From Octopus sinensis (taxonomy: Eukaryota), in the NCBI RefSeq assembly GCF_006345805.1, contig NC_043006.1:99696001-99760000 (forward strand): a stretch of DNA of 64,000 nt, read 5' to 3'. Below, in pieces: positions 13,395 through 26,605 of the stretch. The first letter of the stretch is position 1; each line of letters begins with the position of its first letter. The position numbers and the translations under genes were made by a program. The notes beneath the pieces are model-generated. The model did no database searches. It saw only the letters and a program-made list of their open reading frames with translations, and had not been told where the DNA came from.

Positions 13395-13848
13395 CTCCTC
13401 ATTGATATGACTTTCCCAAACGATATAAACATATCTGTCAAGACGTACCAAAAACTGAGCAAATATAAAGATTTTGAAAAAAATGTGGAATCTGAAGACT
13501 AACATAATACCAGTTTTCATAGGTGCCCTGGGAATGATAGCAAAAGGAGCTGATTGCTACCTAGCTCAGATACCATGAAACCCCAAAATGGCAGAAATTC
13601 AAAAGATAGTGCTCATGGGAACTGCACATATCCTTTCTATGTAATCTCAAGTTTTAAAACAAACATAATTTTCGTATGGTTTTTAAGACATTCACTAGTA
13701 CAACACTAAGTACAAAACCAAATATATGGCACCCTAGGCATAACACCAGCATGGACTTCCACCTTGTTGTCTCTTGAGGTCTCTGGGTAAAACTTCCAGC
13801 CAACTTGTACAAATGTAAACAAAATTCAAACATAGAATAATAATAATC

Positions 13849-13913
<65 letters not shown>

Positions 13914-13915
13914 GA
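13395..13915 (+). mobile_element. R4/Dong-type LINE 3' fragment (REL C-terminus, 3' UTR, (TAA)n tail)
   Basis: LLIDMTFPND..KLSKYKD..MWNLKT..IPVFIGALGMI..IQKIVLMGTAHIL followed by (TAA)n at about 13836-13915. Confidence 0.8.
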
Positions 13916-15542
13916 TAATGATGATGAGGAGGAGGAGGAGGGGGGGATGACACTGATGATGATGATGATGATGATAATAAATTTCGATGTAACATGTTAT
14001 CTTCGTGAAAGTAAATGGAGAAAAAACCGCCTTCCCAATCTGAAGAGCCCAGCATTCACATCTTGATTTTATGTAATCTTCCGTAAGAGTTCGGGTTATG
14101 TTTTACATTAACATGCAAAAACAGTATTAAATTTATATTATTATTCATCGTTGTTATACTGTTTATAGTGTAATCATATTTTCTTTCTGATTAGTACTTC
14201 ATCTGGTTTGTGGCGTGCAATGGTGCCGCTTCTTTTCATATCATAGAGAAACACCTTTTTATTACAGATGAGTTGTTAATTAATAAAAATTAAGCTTTTT
14301 TTTTTTGTCTGGAAAAATTATAATGTCCCACTTCTCCACCGAAGAAATACCAACCTCATTAGCGAGCGGAAATTATTCTTTGTTAAATTTATATAATAGC
14401 GACAGACACAATATTAATACTGATTGATAATATTTATCCTCACCTAAACGTGGATGTTCTGTTACAACAAACTATACTGCGGTAGATATTATGAGAAAAC
14501 TCTCAAATTAGATTTTGGTCAAAAATACACTCTTGTTTATATCGCTAGCGAGGAGATGAATCGACCTAGTCGCTTTTAACAGAAGATCCACGCATAAATG
14601 GGGATAAATATTACCACTCCGTATTAATATTGCACTTGTCACTAATATATAAATATAATAACTGGTAATATCCGTTCACTAATGAGGATGATATATGTTC
14701 GTTTGAGAAGTGGGTCGTTATAATCTTTCCAGACATGAAAAAGAGCGCTTAATCTGAAATAATTTTTGTTGAATAACAACTCATCTCTAATGAAGGAGTG
14801 CCTATCTATGCCATGAAAAGAAACAGTGCTATTGCACAACCCTCGACTGCTAGAGACAGCAGTGACACATCTTGAAAAAGAGGCGCTGGTTTTGCGATTA
14901 ACCAGTGAAGTTGTTAAAAATCGATATTAATGACAAAGGCAGTTTTAAGTGTTAAATGAGGGAAGAGGTAAGTTCATATCATCGGTACTAGTAATTAGCT
15001 GATAGTTTATCTTCTCCACTCCAGGATATTGAATGTAAAAGTTGATCTCGACAAGTGATAACCACCGTGGTCAACTTTACATTTCATCCACCAGGGTCGA
15101 TATTATGAATTGCCATGCAAGCCTTGGAATCAACTTATTCATTCTTCATCAAATAATAATGTTTTGGTACAAGGCCAGGTATTTCGGCAGAGGGAATGAG
15201 TAGTCAACTAATACTTATTTTATCGACCCCAAAAGGAGGAAAGCCATAGTAGATCTCAGTGGACTATGAACCCAGAACATGAAGACGGACGAATTGCCGC
15301 TGGGCAGTTTGACCGGTATGCAAACGCTTTTGCCAGATGGCTGCGTTACCCTTTTTCAAATAATAATGATAATGATATTAACGGTGGTTTCGAATTTTGA
15401 CGCAAGGCCATTAATTTTGCAGGTAGAGATAGAGTTCATTCCATCGAACCGATTATTGACTGGTAGATTATTTCAGCAACCCCATAATGATGGACGGAAA
15501 TCTTCATCTCGGCAGGATTTGATCTCCGCCGCAGCAGCAACG

Positions 15543-15543
15543 C

Positions 15544-15597
<54 letters not shown>

Positions 15598-15627
15598 CAG
15601 TTGTAGTAGCTGCAGCAGCAGCTAGTG

Positions 15628-15658
<31 letters not shown>

Positions 15659-15684
15659 CAGCAGCAGTAGTGGTAGTAGTAGTG

Positions 15685-15778
<94 letters not shown>

Positions 15779-15846
15779 TGTAGTAGTAGTACCAGCAGTA
15801 GCAGTAGTAGTAGTAGCAGCAGTAGTGGTAGTAGTAGTAGTAGTAG
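15543..15846. repeat. Compound (GTA)n/(GCA)n microsatellite
   Basis: Directly visible; source of the poly-V/S/Y/T ORFs. Confidence 0.97.
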
Positions 15847-15849
15847 CGA

Positions 15850-16330
15850 ATGGCGCATTTGTCTCGGCTGATCAAATCCCGCCAAGATCAACATTACCGA
15901 TTTTCTCTTTGAGACCAATAAATAATACAGCGGTCAATTACTGAGATCATCTCACCGTTTCCCCTTAAAATTGTTGGGTTTTGCCTAAATCAGTAACAAA
16001 TACATCGTCCCCCTGGTACTTTATTTTATCGGCCATGAAATGATAAAATCCAAATTTGACCCCTCTTACAACTGAACTCAGAACGTAAATGTCGTTAAGA
16101 AATGTCGTTGGTATTTAGTGAGATATGCGGATGATTCTACCAACTTGCCGCTTAATCGTTTCAAATGTCGGCAACAGAACAGCAATCTTAGCGAGAGGGA
16201 TTAGTCGATTCATTTGACTGCAATACTTATCTGATACGTTATATTATCGACCATGAAATGATAAAATGCAAAGTTGATTTGGAAAGGATTTGTACTCAGA
16301 ACGTAGTGAGTCGGAAGTAATACCGTTCAG
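15850..16330 (-). mobile_element. Cluster of degenerate SINE fragments
   Basis: Repeated tacttattttatcgac/ggcc...aaagttga..tcagaacgta motifs, reverse of the 31684 family. Confidence 0.55.
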
Positions 16331-16429
16331 CCAAAATGATGAAGTAGAAAACACTAAGAACTACAGATCCATAATATGCCTTACAGTAAAGTAGAAGATT
16401 CTTACATCTGCCGAAATGGAATCCAAATA

Positions 16430-17340
16430 TGCATTCCTCATGAACATAATTTCTTCTGATGAACTATAAGGTTCAAATTGATCAACTTTTGATTACATAA
16501 GTATTCTCCACGCTTGTCAACCCGTGAGAAACATTTCTCAGTGGCCTGGATAGACCACATGAAGTCTTTTGATAGTCTTCTTGACAGTTTGATAGATGAG
16601 TGCTTGTTCGTAAGTTTACCAGTAATCAGGAATGATGTATCCATGTCATGAATATTTGGAAAAGGACATGATTTCTCAACGCGGACGCTACAAAAATAAT
16701 TTCATGAGAAGTTAATATTAATTGAGAAATCTTTCAAAGGAACTCAATATCTCCTTTGCTCATATGCTTAGTACTGATTCCCTTAGCAAAATATGGAATG
16801 GAACACATTATGGATACAAGAGGTATGGAAAAAACCATCAATCATATTTTTTATATGTATAATGTGAAAACCTTTCCGAAAAACGATCGACAATTTCAGG
16901 CACTCCTTACAGTTAAACGATTTCGTGATAACATAAACATGAAATGTTGGCTTCAAAAGTGTAACAAGACAACATTTACCGAAGGGTAACATATCAAATA
17001 CATGCGACACCACCCTAGATGGCGATAACGAGAATAAAGTTTTAGGACCTGAGAGCAGGTACAAGTACCTATTAGTGAGGGAAAGAGGTGTGATTAAAAA
17101 CACACAGATGAGAGAAAAAGTAAGGAAATATTGTTATCGGATACTAAGATTTATTCTAAGAACCGAGTCGAACTAAAATCACAATTGATGTTTGCCATGA
17201 ATATCATATACAAGTTCACTGATATAGATTGGTTCATCTCCGAGAATAACAAACTTGCCGTGAAAATATGAAGGGCAGAAAGACCTTTTCGAAGAAGCGG
17301 AGGCGGTCAGCGATTAATACAAGTTTAACTCGCACTGCAG
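16430..17340 (+). pseudogene. Highly degenerate reverse transcriptase of an R4/Dong-type LINE
   Basis: INHIFYMYNVKTFPKN..LLTVKRFRDNINMKCWLQKC resembles the INHLLYMDDLKL..VK.FS.DI.M.FGLDKC RT motif. Confidence 0.65.
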
Positions 17341-18329
17341 TCCTGAGACTTCCCTTCCTGTATAGTGTATTCAATTCAAATATTTCCCCATCCGAAAAAA
17401 TGACATACAAGGGAACATTGCAAGTTCTCCATCCTGCAGGAATGTAAATTTTCTCCAGAAAAGACTCTTCTTTGTGTTTTCAAAGACGCGCAGAACAACT
17501 CCTAAACTATCACCGATCATACGCTCTTCAAATACGCGCTGCAGTATGAGAGGGTTTAACACTGATGGCAATGACCAACAGGCGAAATACTGCGTATTAT
17601 GTCCAGAGTTTAGATTTCAAACGCCCAACCTCAAGCTGAACTTGAACCGAATTTGCAACTCGGTCAACTATGCAAGACATGAAACAGTGTATCGAACGCT
17701 GAGAAGAACATAAGAGCAATATCCTTCGTTTCTGTAGTCTTAGTTACTGTTGCAATGGTCCAGGTATATCAGCAGTTCCGTCAAGGTCAGGATTTTGTCC
17801 GGTATCCATGAATCACTCCTATAACTCGAACTCACTGAACGAATTCTACTCCCTACAGTATACACCGTGATGTTAGGTTCAAAGCATTTGTCGGGTATCA
17901 TTCAGCTGCAAATTTCTTCTTGATAGTCTCTTCTAAAAGTCATCTTTATCTTATACTTTCTACAGCTATTTACTTACAACATGTTTGAATAATAATTTCC
18001 TGAGTCCACTTTGATTATAGTTTACCTACTCTCCACCATTCATTGTTTATAGATCTCCCTTTCAATTTCTACTTTCATTCACCATCAATGTGATATATAT
18101 ATATATATAAATATATATAATAAAAATATTAAAATTACTAATTCTCTCTAAAAGAGATTGCGGCAGCGTTACTGGAAATTGATTGTTATCGCCATATTAA
18201 TATGGCAGTCTTATAGAGCTGATTAGCTCCATGAGGCCATCGCCTTAAGCTAGCTATTTGACACACAAACTGTGTCCATTATAACCTTCGAACAAGGGAA
18301 GTCAGCCGCTTCACACTGCCAGTCAGACA

Positions 18330-18372
18330 GCTACAGACGCGTTTCAGGGTATTTGCCCTTTATCAATGTAGC
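18330..18372 (-). ncRNA. Minimal hammerhead ribozyme relic with mutated core
   Basis: Minus strand gctaca-TTGATAA-aggg caaata ccct-GAA-acgcgtc-tgtagc: stems I, II and III intact; core CUGAUGA changed at two positions. Confidence 0.6.
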
Positions 18373-18496
18373 GTAGTCAGACCCAGTAGGTGTCGCTACT
18401 GATCATCTTTGTTCGAAGGTTTTATTTACCTAGTTTCGGTGGAATACATCCACTTGTTTTCAATATATATGTTTTCTGAGTTATACATCACGCATT

Positions 18497-19930
18497 ATAC
18501 ATCACAGTCCAGAGAGCAGAAAATGCCATTATATATGGCCTTCATTGATCTAACAAAGGTTTTTGACTCGGTAAGCAGAACAGACCTCTTCCTCCTGCTC
18601 CAAAAAATCGGATGTCCACCAAAGCTGCTGAGGATCATCAAGTCTTTCCATGATGACATGCAAGGCACCATACAGCACAACGGTTCAACATCAGCCGCCT
18701 TCCAAATAAAAAACGGGGTAAAGTAAGGCTGTGTCCTCGCTCCTACATTGTTTGGCATCTTCTTCTCACTCTTACTGTCACATGCCTTTCAGACATCAGA
18801 TGATGGAGTGTTTCTGCACAGTAGGAGTGACGGGAAACTGTTCAATCTCTCGCGCCTGCGTGCCAAGACCAAAATCAGAAACGTCCTGATCAAGGAGATG
18901 TTATTTGCTGATGATGCCGCTCTGGTAACACACACAGGAGAAGCCCTCCAAAGGCTCATTAACTGTTTTGAGCAAGCATGTAACGTCTTTGGCTTAGCTA
19001 TCAACCTTAAGAAGACCAACATCATGGGCCAGGCTACATCGGACATCCCAAACATACATATTGGAGACCACAGATTACAAGAGGTGGAGAAGTTTACCTA
19101 TCTGGGCTCTACCGTCACCTACAACCTATCCCTTGACGCTTGGCTCAATATACGCATTGGCAAGGCAGCTGCTGCGATGGCCCAACTCTCCAAACGGGCT
19201 TGGGACAACAATAAGCTGACCAAGACCACGAAAATGAAGATCTACCAGGCATGTGTACTCAGCACTCTACTGTATGGAAGCGAGACCTGGACGCTATACA
19301 CACGCCAAGAGCGTCGCCTAAATATCTTTCACCTGCGCTGCCTCCGAAAAATCCTCCACATCAAATGGCAGAATCATATCCCCAACAAAGATGCCCTCAG
19401 GCAAGCAGGATTACCAAGCATGTTTGCACTCCTCACACAAAGACGTATGAGATGGCTTGGGCATGTTAGCCGTATGAAAGATGGCAGAATCCCCAAGGAC
19501 ATACTCTACGGAGAGCTTGCTAGGGGTACTAGGTCTGTGGGTAGACCGATCTTACGTTACAAGGATGTTTGCAAAAAGGATATGAAGGCCTGCAACATCA
19601 ACATTAGCGGTTGGGAGGCAGTCGCCGGCAACCGTGGAGAATGGCGACGTACAGTAAAAGAGGGAGTACAAAGGAGTGACAGAGAGAGAGAGGAGAAATG
19701 GAAAGAAAGGAAGAGACGTAAACAAGAGACCATGGCACTACAACCAGCCAGGAACAGTCTTCGCTACATTTGCAGTACCTGCCAGAGGGAGTGTTTGTCC
19801 AGGATAGGACTACACAGCCACAGCAGGAAATGTATCAGGAAATAAAATATAACAGCCGGACTAGACCTAGGAAAAAAAAAATGCGCAACTCCATTGTCTC
19901 CCGAGACAGAAAGGATGCCAATACAATACA
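18497..19930 (+). mobile_element. 5'-truncated RTE-clade LINE with 14-bp TSD
   Basis: RT motifs AFIDLTKVFDSV, GVK*GCVLAP, LFADDA, FTYLGS, C-terminal C2H2-like CSTC..H..H; one stop at 18724-18726; (caata)n tail; TSD atacatcacgcatt at 18483-18496 and 19931-19944. Confidence 0.95.
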
Positions 19931-21559
19931 ATACATCACGCATTCACGTTACCTGTTCCCTGTGTGTGTGCTATATATATAGGTTGAACATAAAGATCAC
20001 GGGAATTTGTTCTATTTAGAAGGCCACCCGGCAGTATAAAGGTTACGCTGCGTATATTCTGTCGAAAAATATTCTAACTGCAGGCTTCATGAAATTCTAC
20101 GAATTTTTTCCAATCTATGCTGGCACTTATGAGTAAAATGTATTATATCTCTCAGTAAGAAATAAATGCATGGCCTTGACAGAGTATTTCAACAACTCTT
20201 TATCCTAAGTGCTAGTTCCACTCGATTAGGGCGTACCTCTAAAATAAAATTGCAGTAATGTAGCCTTATTAACAAACGAGGTATGGATAGAGTGATTACC
20301 ATATATGTGAAGAAGTCTCGTCGGACTGTTGAGGAGTAGACCTCACCGATCTCGGTACTCAATCTCATGTGAATGTCAACTGACTGTCTGAATCATAAAA
20401 CAGGATATTTTATGCATAGTGATTGCCAAACACACTGAGTGCTATTCACTTGGATAGAAAGAGGCTTGGAGCTTGGTCAGTGTAATGGATACTGTTTGAG
20501 AGAACCCACATCGAAAATTTGATGACTAAGCAAGTAAATGAAAAGAGGATGAAGTCAGTGAAGACAGAAAGAAGACAATCACTTTATCAATTTGTTGATG
20601 ACAGAACGGCTCAGTAACGTGGACAGGTGTGTACAATTAAGGGAGAAGGAGTGCACGGTGTTCTGTTATACTTGACGTATGCAGACGTGGTTTATGAACA
20701 GGGAAATGGCCAGCTGGCTTTGTGTCCGTTGAAAAGTTCCCTAATAAATTTCCATATTTCCAATATGTACAATATAAAGGGAAACTGTTATGAAGATATG
20801 TCATAAAAAGAAGCTTGTGTGTTTAATGTTGTGTGATCTCGGAACGTAGATTTGTAACAGTTTATAAAATTTCGCAGATATTGATGAGTAAAATATATTC
20901 TTAGTCAACAGAATATGCGGAGCAAATTCAAATTTCGTTTAGAACAATTTCATTCTTCACGTGATTAATATCTCCGAGAGTAGAAGTAATTGTCATTATA
21001 ATTCATTTCCATCTACTAAAGCTCCGAGGCTTTATATTTAGAGGGTAAATCAATTTGATTTATAATGATTGATGATGTCTTCTCCTTCCTATCTTGGAAA
21101 TAAGAGTTTCATAATGACAAAGATTAACCAGATGACCATATCTGCAAATCTTGGCCATAACAAGAGTTGTGGTTTTTTTCCTATTTGAAATCTTACTTCC
21201 AAAATATGATTTATTACCAATTTTCATTTTTAGTCTGGGAGGATTACCTTATTTAGTTCAAGTATATTGAATCACTGCATTTTCAAGAAGATGAGAGATT
21301 TTAGGCAGCATTCCATATTTTTAGATGTTTAATTATCCAGAGTTTTACAATTCCAGAAATTTCGAAACGCCTTTATAACAAAGGAAATTTAATGTACAAC
21401 ATTTAAACAAAATTCTATTCGTTTTATCAATTCTAGGAAGGTGTACATCTCAGTTCGATTTTGATGCTATTTGAAACCCGCAACCTCAAAACTTAATTTC
21501 AGCATTCTAATAACTACACTAATATTCGCTAGAGCCTAAGAAGCAAATAGAGAAGAAGA

Positions 21560-21925
21560 AATCCAGATAAATATGTTTCTGTAATGGACCGATTGATGAA
21601 ATACAGAATTCTGTGCCAACGAAGCTCACAAACCCCTTATTGTGTAACACGTATTCACATTTCTGTTGAAACAGACAATATGTAATGATAATGGATTCCA
21701 TTTGACAAGTGACAGTTATGTACCAATTCTATACCCAGCCATGATGAATTGCTGTAATGCATGCTTAAAGCTGTTCACCAATGGCATCACTAACACTGAC
21801 ACCAATGAAAGGTCCCGGACATATATCAACATCATCAACATTGCGAATATCAATTTCAAGAGAATCTGTTTGCCGTCCATCCATTCAATGCACCCTGCCC
21901 TGAATAGTACTTCATCAAACATGTG
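21560..21925 (-). repeat. Unclassified dispersed repeat, copy 2 (inverted relative to 11650-12035)
   Basis: Shared blocks such as tttgatgaagta, cagggcagggtgca, attggtgaaca.ctttaagcatgcatt, tagaattggtacataac. Confidence 0.8.
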
Positions 21926-22523
21926 TATAGAAAATAAAAGACGGGAAATAAAGCAATAAACAAGATCGAATGAAAGAAGAATATAGAAAGAAAAAATTGG
22001 AGAGGGTAAAATATATTGGTCAATCAATATATCAGTATTCTTTGCCTTTCAGAGGCGGAGAATTTTCTTATTGATTGGAGAAACCTTAAATATTATTCTC
22101 AGATCGAAACTGTTTGTTATAAAATATTTATTTTTCAAATAAACGAATGTGCCTCTTTCAAATATAGAGAGGAAAAAAGATAGGAAATTAGGTTCGTACA
22201 TTTAACGGTCATAGGAATATTATTTTTACACTTATACATGCTATGAGCATATTTACATAAATGTATGCATGTTTTGTTTTAATATCTGGGTCTGTTTTCA
22301 TGGCCTTTGTGGGCATTAAGAGATCCATGCAATCGATTTCATTAATGTTTCTCTCAAAACATTCTAACTGAAAGCTTGCAGGAGAGTTATGAGCAAAGAG
22401 AAATTCTAGTGGGATGGCACTGCGGAAAAGGACTGAACGTTTTGATTAGAGTGGGTCTCACCTGATGAGAGAAGTGGTCAGTTAGGTTCAGAAATATGAA
22501 GTGGGGATGGCATTAACACAGCA

Positions 22524-22545
22524 GTAGTAGTAGTAGTATTAGTAT

Positions 22546-22615
<70 letters not shown>

Positions 22616-22616
22616 A
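22524..22616. repeat. (GTA)n microsatellite
   Basis: Directly visible. Confidence 0.95.
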
Positions 22617-23581
22617 AGTATGGTAGGCTGAGGAGAAAGCATGCCTATGTGCCATAGACTAGGGCCAATCGCTTAAAGCCAATCAGCAATGTAACCCTCT
22701 TTTCACTGTAATTTAGTGCGTATGTGTTGCTGCAAGAATGTTTAATATTCGGCCACGGCTCTCAGTTGAGATTTGTGGATTGTAAATAACTGATCCACGA
22801 TGGATTATCTACTGGTCTTCGTGAGAAATGCTGGGTCTTTGTAATACAGTTCTTGTTATGTTAAAACTTTAGTCATTCTTACGAACGTTTGCGTGCACAT
22901 GACTATACATACACACATTCATCAGATGTTCGTGAACTGCTTCCTCCTCTGGACATTTCCGTTGTGCTCTCTGACGAAAAGCTATTCCTAAGACGTTAAT
23001 AACTTACTCTTCCTCCCACTTTTCCTAAGCGTTAAACTGATACAGTCTATGTGTACGTCCTTTTCTTTTGTTATTCCTATTTCTATGTCCTATTGTTTGT
23101 TTCTTCAAATTTTAATATACGATTTGTCTATAAATATATGCACATATATATATATATATAGAATATATAACTGTGTACACGTGTGTATGTTTGTCTGCTT
23201 GTGTGTGTTTGTGTGTGTAACGAAAGACATGAATAAGAATTAGCATATATCTACATATTGGGAGAAACAATACACCAAATTAATGCCTCCTGCATTGTCA
23301 GTAAGCTGTGTTATAATTATGCAATTTACCTCCCATGTTTGCAACGTATCTCCACACGTCATGGTTATTATATTCCGTAACATAATGCTGAATTCATCAT
23401 AAAACTCGCAGCCGGTCTGTATTTGCGGTTCAATCTCTGTTTCACGGATATTTTTAAAGACACGATTATCTGTATATTTATATCTGCTTAAATGTACATA
23501 TGCATTCATATATAATCGTAATGCAGCAGATTTATAAACAACATATTCATATTGGTTTGTCTAAAGCAGAAAGTTTCCCTT

Positions 23582-24003
23582 TCTTTTATCTTTTACTCTC
23601 TCTTTTACTTGTTTCAGTCATTTGACTGCGGCCATCCTGGAGCACCGTCTTTAGTCGAGCAAATCGACCCCGGGACGTATTTTTTCTAAGCCTAGTACTT
23701 ATTCTATCGGTCTCTTTTTGCCGAACCGCTAAGTGACGGGGACGTAAACACACCAGCATCGGTTGTCAAGCAATGCTAGGGGGCCAAACACAGACGCACA
23801 AACATATACACACACACTTATATATATATACATGTATACGACAGGCTTCTTTCAGTTCCCGTCTACCAAATCCACTCACAAGGCATTGATCGGCCAAGGG
23901 CTATAGCAGAAGACATTTGCCCAAGATGTCACGCAGTGGGATTGAACCCGGAACCATGTGGTTGGTTAGCAAGCTATTTACCACACAGCCACTCCTGCGT
24001 CTA
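23582..24003 (-). mobile_element. Full-length SINE with internal microsatellite
   Basis: Near-identical to 49415-49819 and to the reverse complement of 63587-64000. Confidence 0.92.
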
Positions 24004-24944
24004 TTTACTATCATTAAATGTAATGCAAGTTCATTTAAGCGACGAACGCTCTGTTAAAAGAACAGATACGAGACTTGTTACTTCTAATTTAGATCCCATA
24101 CAAAAAGCAACAAGTGCGGCTCTACTCTAGATACAAGAAACAAAAGATCCTGTTTTCACTGCTTCCATTCAGTTGCTTAATAACTGTAGAATCGAACGAA
24201 CCTACACATTAAAATTGTTTTCTCGTAGTCATAAATATCTCAAGCTCTACTTACAATCTATCGCTCCTAGCCGACAGTTCTTGTCTCTAGTCTCATCAGG
24301 CTCAGCTCTCTCACCTAGACATCGTCAACACGATACATCGATGTTTCTTTTTCCTTTTTTTTTAAATTTATGTTTGCAGTTCTCAAATTAATGTTTTCTC
24401 CACTGCTCTACGTAGACAATAAACTAACAACAGTGCCTCGTATATGCCTGTTCCTTCAGAAAGGATATCGCTCACGCTTTACCGAGCGAGAATGTCAAGG
24501 TTTTCTTTACCCTCACATTAAACTCATACTGATGCTACCAGCGAAATTCTTTACTCTTTTCTAATCTTCAATACTTACATTCATGTCTATCAGACGCGAA
24601 TGCCCAAGAGTTGCTATGCCAACCTCATCATAGATGCCACACACTTGTATTTAGATTCACATTCTAACATAGACGAGCTTTTTTTATATACTACGTTTAC
24701 TTTTGTCTTTACACACATATACTTTCGTGATTTAGAACAGCTCCTGGTAAAAGCTTACATATGAAAAGACTTAGTAGAACCTGGTGAGATTACTTATCGA
24801 TATAAGGAGATAATTTCTATATTATAACAGTTTTGGTGTAAGTAACTTTCTTTCAATCTGATGAAATGAAATTAATATTAGTGTCTCTTGAAACACGACT
24901 CTGATTTTCCAATACAATACTTGTTATTGTTTTAGCTTCACTGA

Positions 24945-25500
24945 AGCCGGCGAGCTGGCAGAATCGTTAACACGTCGAGCGAAATGCTTGGTGGTATTTC
25001 ATCTGGGATCTAATTCCATTGAGGGTGGTTTTGCTTTTAGGTCTTTCGGTACCCATAAATTAAATATCAGTGAAATAATAGGACCGATGTGATTGACTAG
25101 TTTCCTCCTCCAAAATTTCAGGCCTTGTGACTTTAATGTAAAAGATTACTTGAACTTCGCTTCGCTAGCACGCCTGACGAAATGCTTGGCGGTATTTCGT
25201 CCATCTTCACGTTCTCAGTTCAAATTCCGCCGATGTCGACTTTGCCTTTCATCCATTTAAGCTCGATAAAATATGTACCAGCTGAGTACTGTTATCGTGA
25301 AATTAATAATGCCCTACACAGATTTCAGGCTAATAGCAGAAATCTATGAGGTGGTAGAATGGTAAGCACAACGGACAACATGTTTAGCAGCATTTTGTCC
25401 GTCTTTCATCCTTTCGGGGACGATGAAATAAGTACCGGTCAATCCCTGGGTTCAAAGTAATGCAATTGCCCCGCTCCACACCCGTGATTTCTGCCCATAG
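24945..25500 (+). mobile_element. Three consecutive degenerate SINE heads
   Basis: gccggcgagctggcagaatcgttaacacg at about 24945; gctagcacgcctgacgaaatgcttggc at about 25165; ggtggtagaatggtaagcac at about 25350. Confidence 0.7.
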
Positions 25501-26066
25501 CCGAAAAGAATATTTTGACTTCAATTGTCTTAGAGTTAGTAAAATGGAATATTTCCAATGTCCGTGAGACTCGTGTACCGTTCTCTCTCACCATAAGGAA
25601 GCAGAATGCGGCCAAGTAAGTATAGCAGAAGTAACGCCAAGTTTCCTTTCGCCGCCTTCCAGTCAGAAGTAGGAAAGATTTTATGCATAATGTCAAATCA
25701 GCTTTTCAGGCATCGTGAGCATTAATAATCATTATTATGTAAAATTGTTACACTGAACTCGATTCTAGATTTGTAACATAGCTACCAGCAACCAGTGGAA
25801 GTTCAATGAATTATACAATACCAGTATTCAATTATGTTCGCGTCTATTCATTGCAATATACACGTAAAATTGGAGCAACTTGCAACATCACACGTGAAGC
25901 TCAACAATCTGAAAACTCGCGTACTTAATGCGAAAAAATTATAAGTAAGCTTTGGGCAAAATCTCTTTGAATTGTAGGATTGCTAACAAATTACTTTAAT
26001 TCATATAAGAGACAAATTTGATGACATTAAATCCATTTGAGAATATTAACAATAAGTACTAATATA

Positions 26067-26605
26067 TTGGCTTGTCCGGAAAGTTCGTGCCGATTTATAC
26101 TAGCTTAAATTTCGACTTATTTTAAAACATGGTTGAATCCATAGAATAGGATTTGACTACAACTTTTTGTGGAAGAAGGTTTATGTTCCTATAACCTGTG
26201 TTAATTCTGTAAGCCTTGAAAATGGAAGATAAGAAAGTTCATTTTCGGCACTTGATGCTTTGGGAACCAGACAAAAATTGCTGCAGCTCTGCTGGGATTT
26301 GTTACCCCACCCACTATATTCACCAGAGATTGCTCCTTCGGATTTCCACTTATTTAGGTCTCTTCAGAATAGTGTTATTGGTAAAAATTTCAATTCCTTG
26401 GATGACGTAAAAAGATACCTTGATGAATTCTTTGCTATGAAACCACCTCAATTCTGGGAAGAGATTATTTTCAAGTCAAAGGAAAGATGGAGACGCATTG
26501 AGCAACAAAATGCTTCATATTTGGTTGATTAAAAAGGTAATGGCAAGTATTTATTGACCTTTTTCTTTCCTTTAAAAATCGGCACGAACTTTCCGGACAA
26601 CCCAA
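26067..26605 (+). mobile_element. Mariner deletion derivative, second copy, TA target duplication
   Basis: TIRs ttggcttgtccggaaagttcgtgccgattt and its reverse complement, TA on both sides; LPHPLYSPEIAPSDFHLFRSL and C-terminal YLVD*. Confidence 0.92.

Noticed and set aside
15279-15944. 221-aa ORF with poly-V/poly-S
   Set aside because: Reads through a (GTA)n microsatellite and flanking SINE pieces
17350-17760. Degenerate RT fragment on the minus strand
   Set aside because: A single AFD-like motif in broken frames; family cannot be assigned
21666-22027. Overlapping 97-aa and 103-aa ORFs
   Set aside because: The homologous repeat copy at 11650-12035 has stops in the equivalent frames
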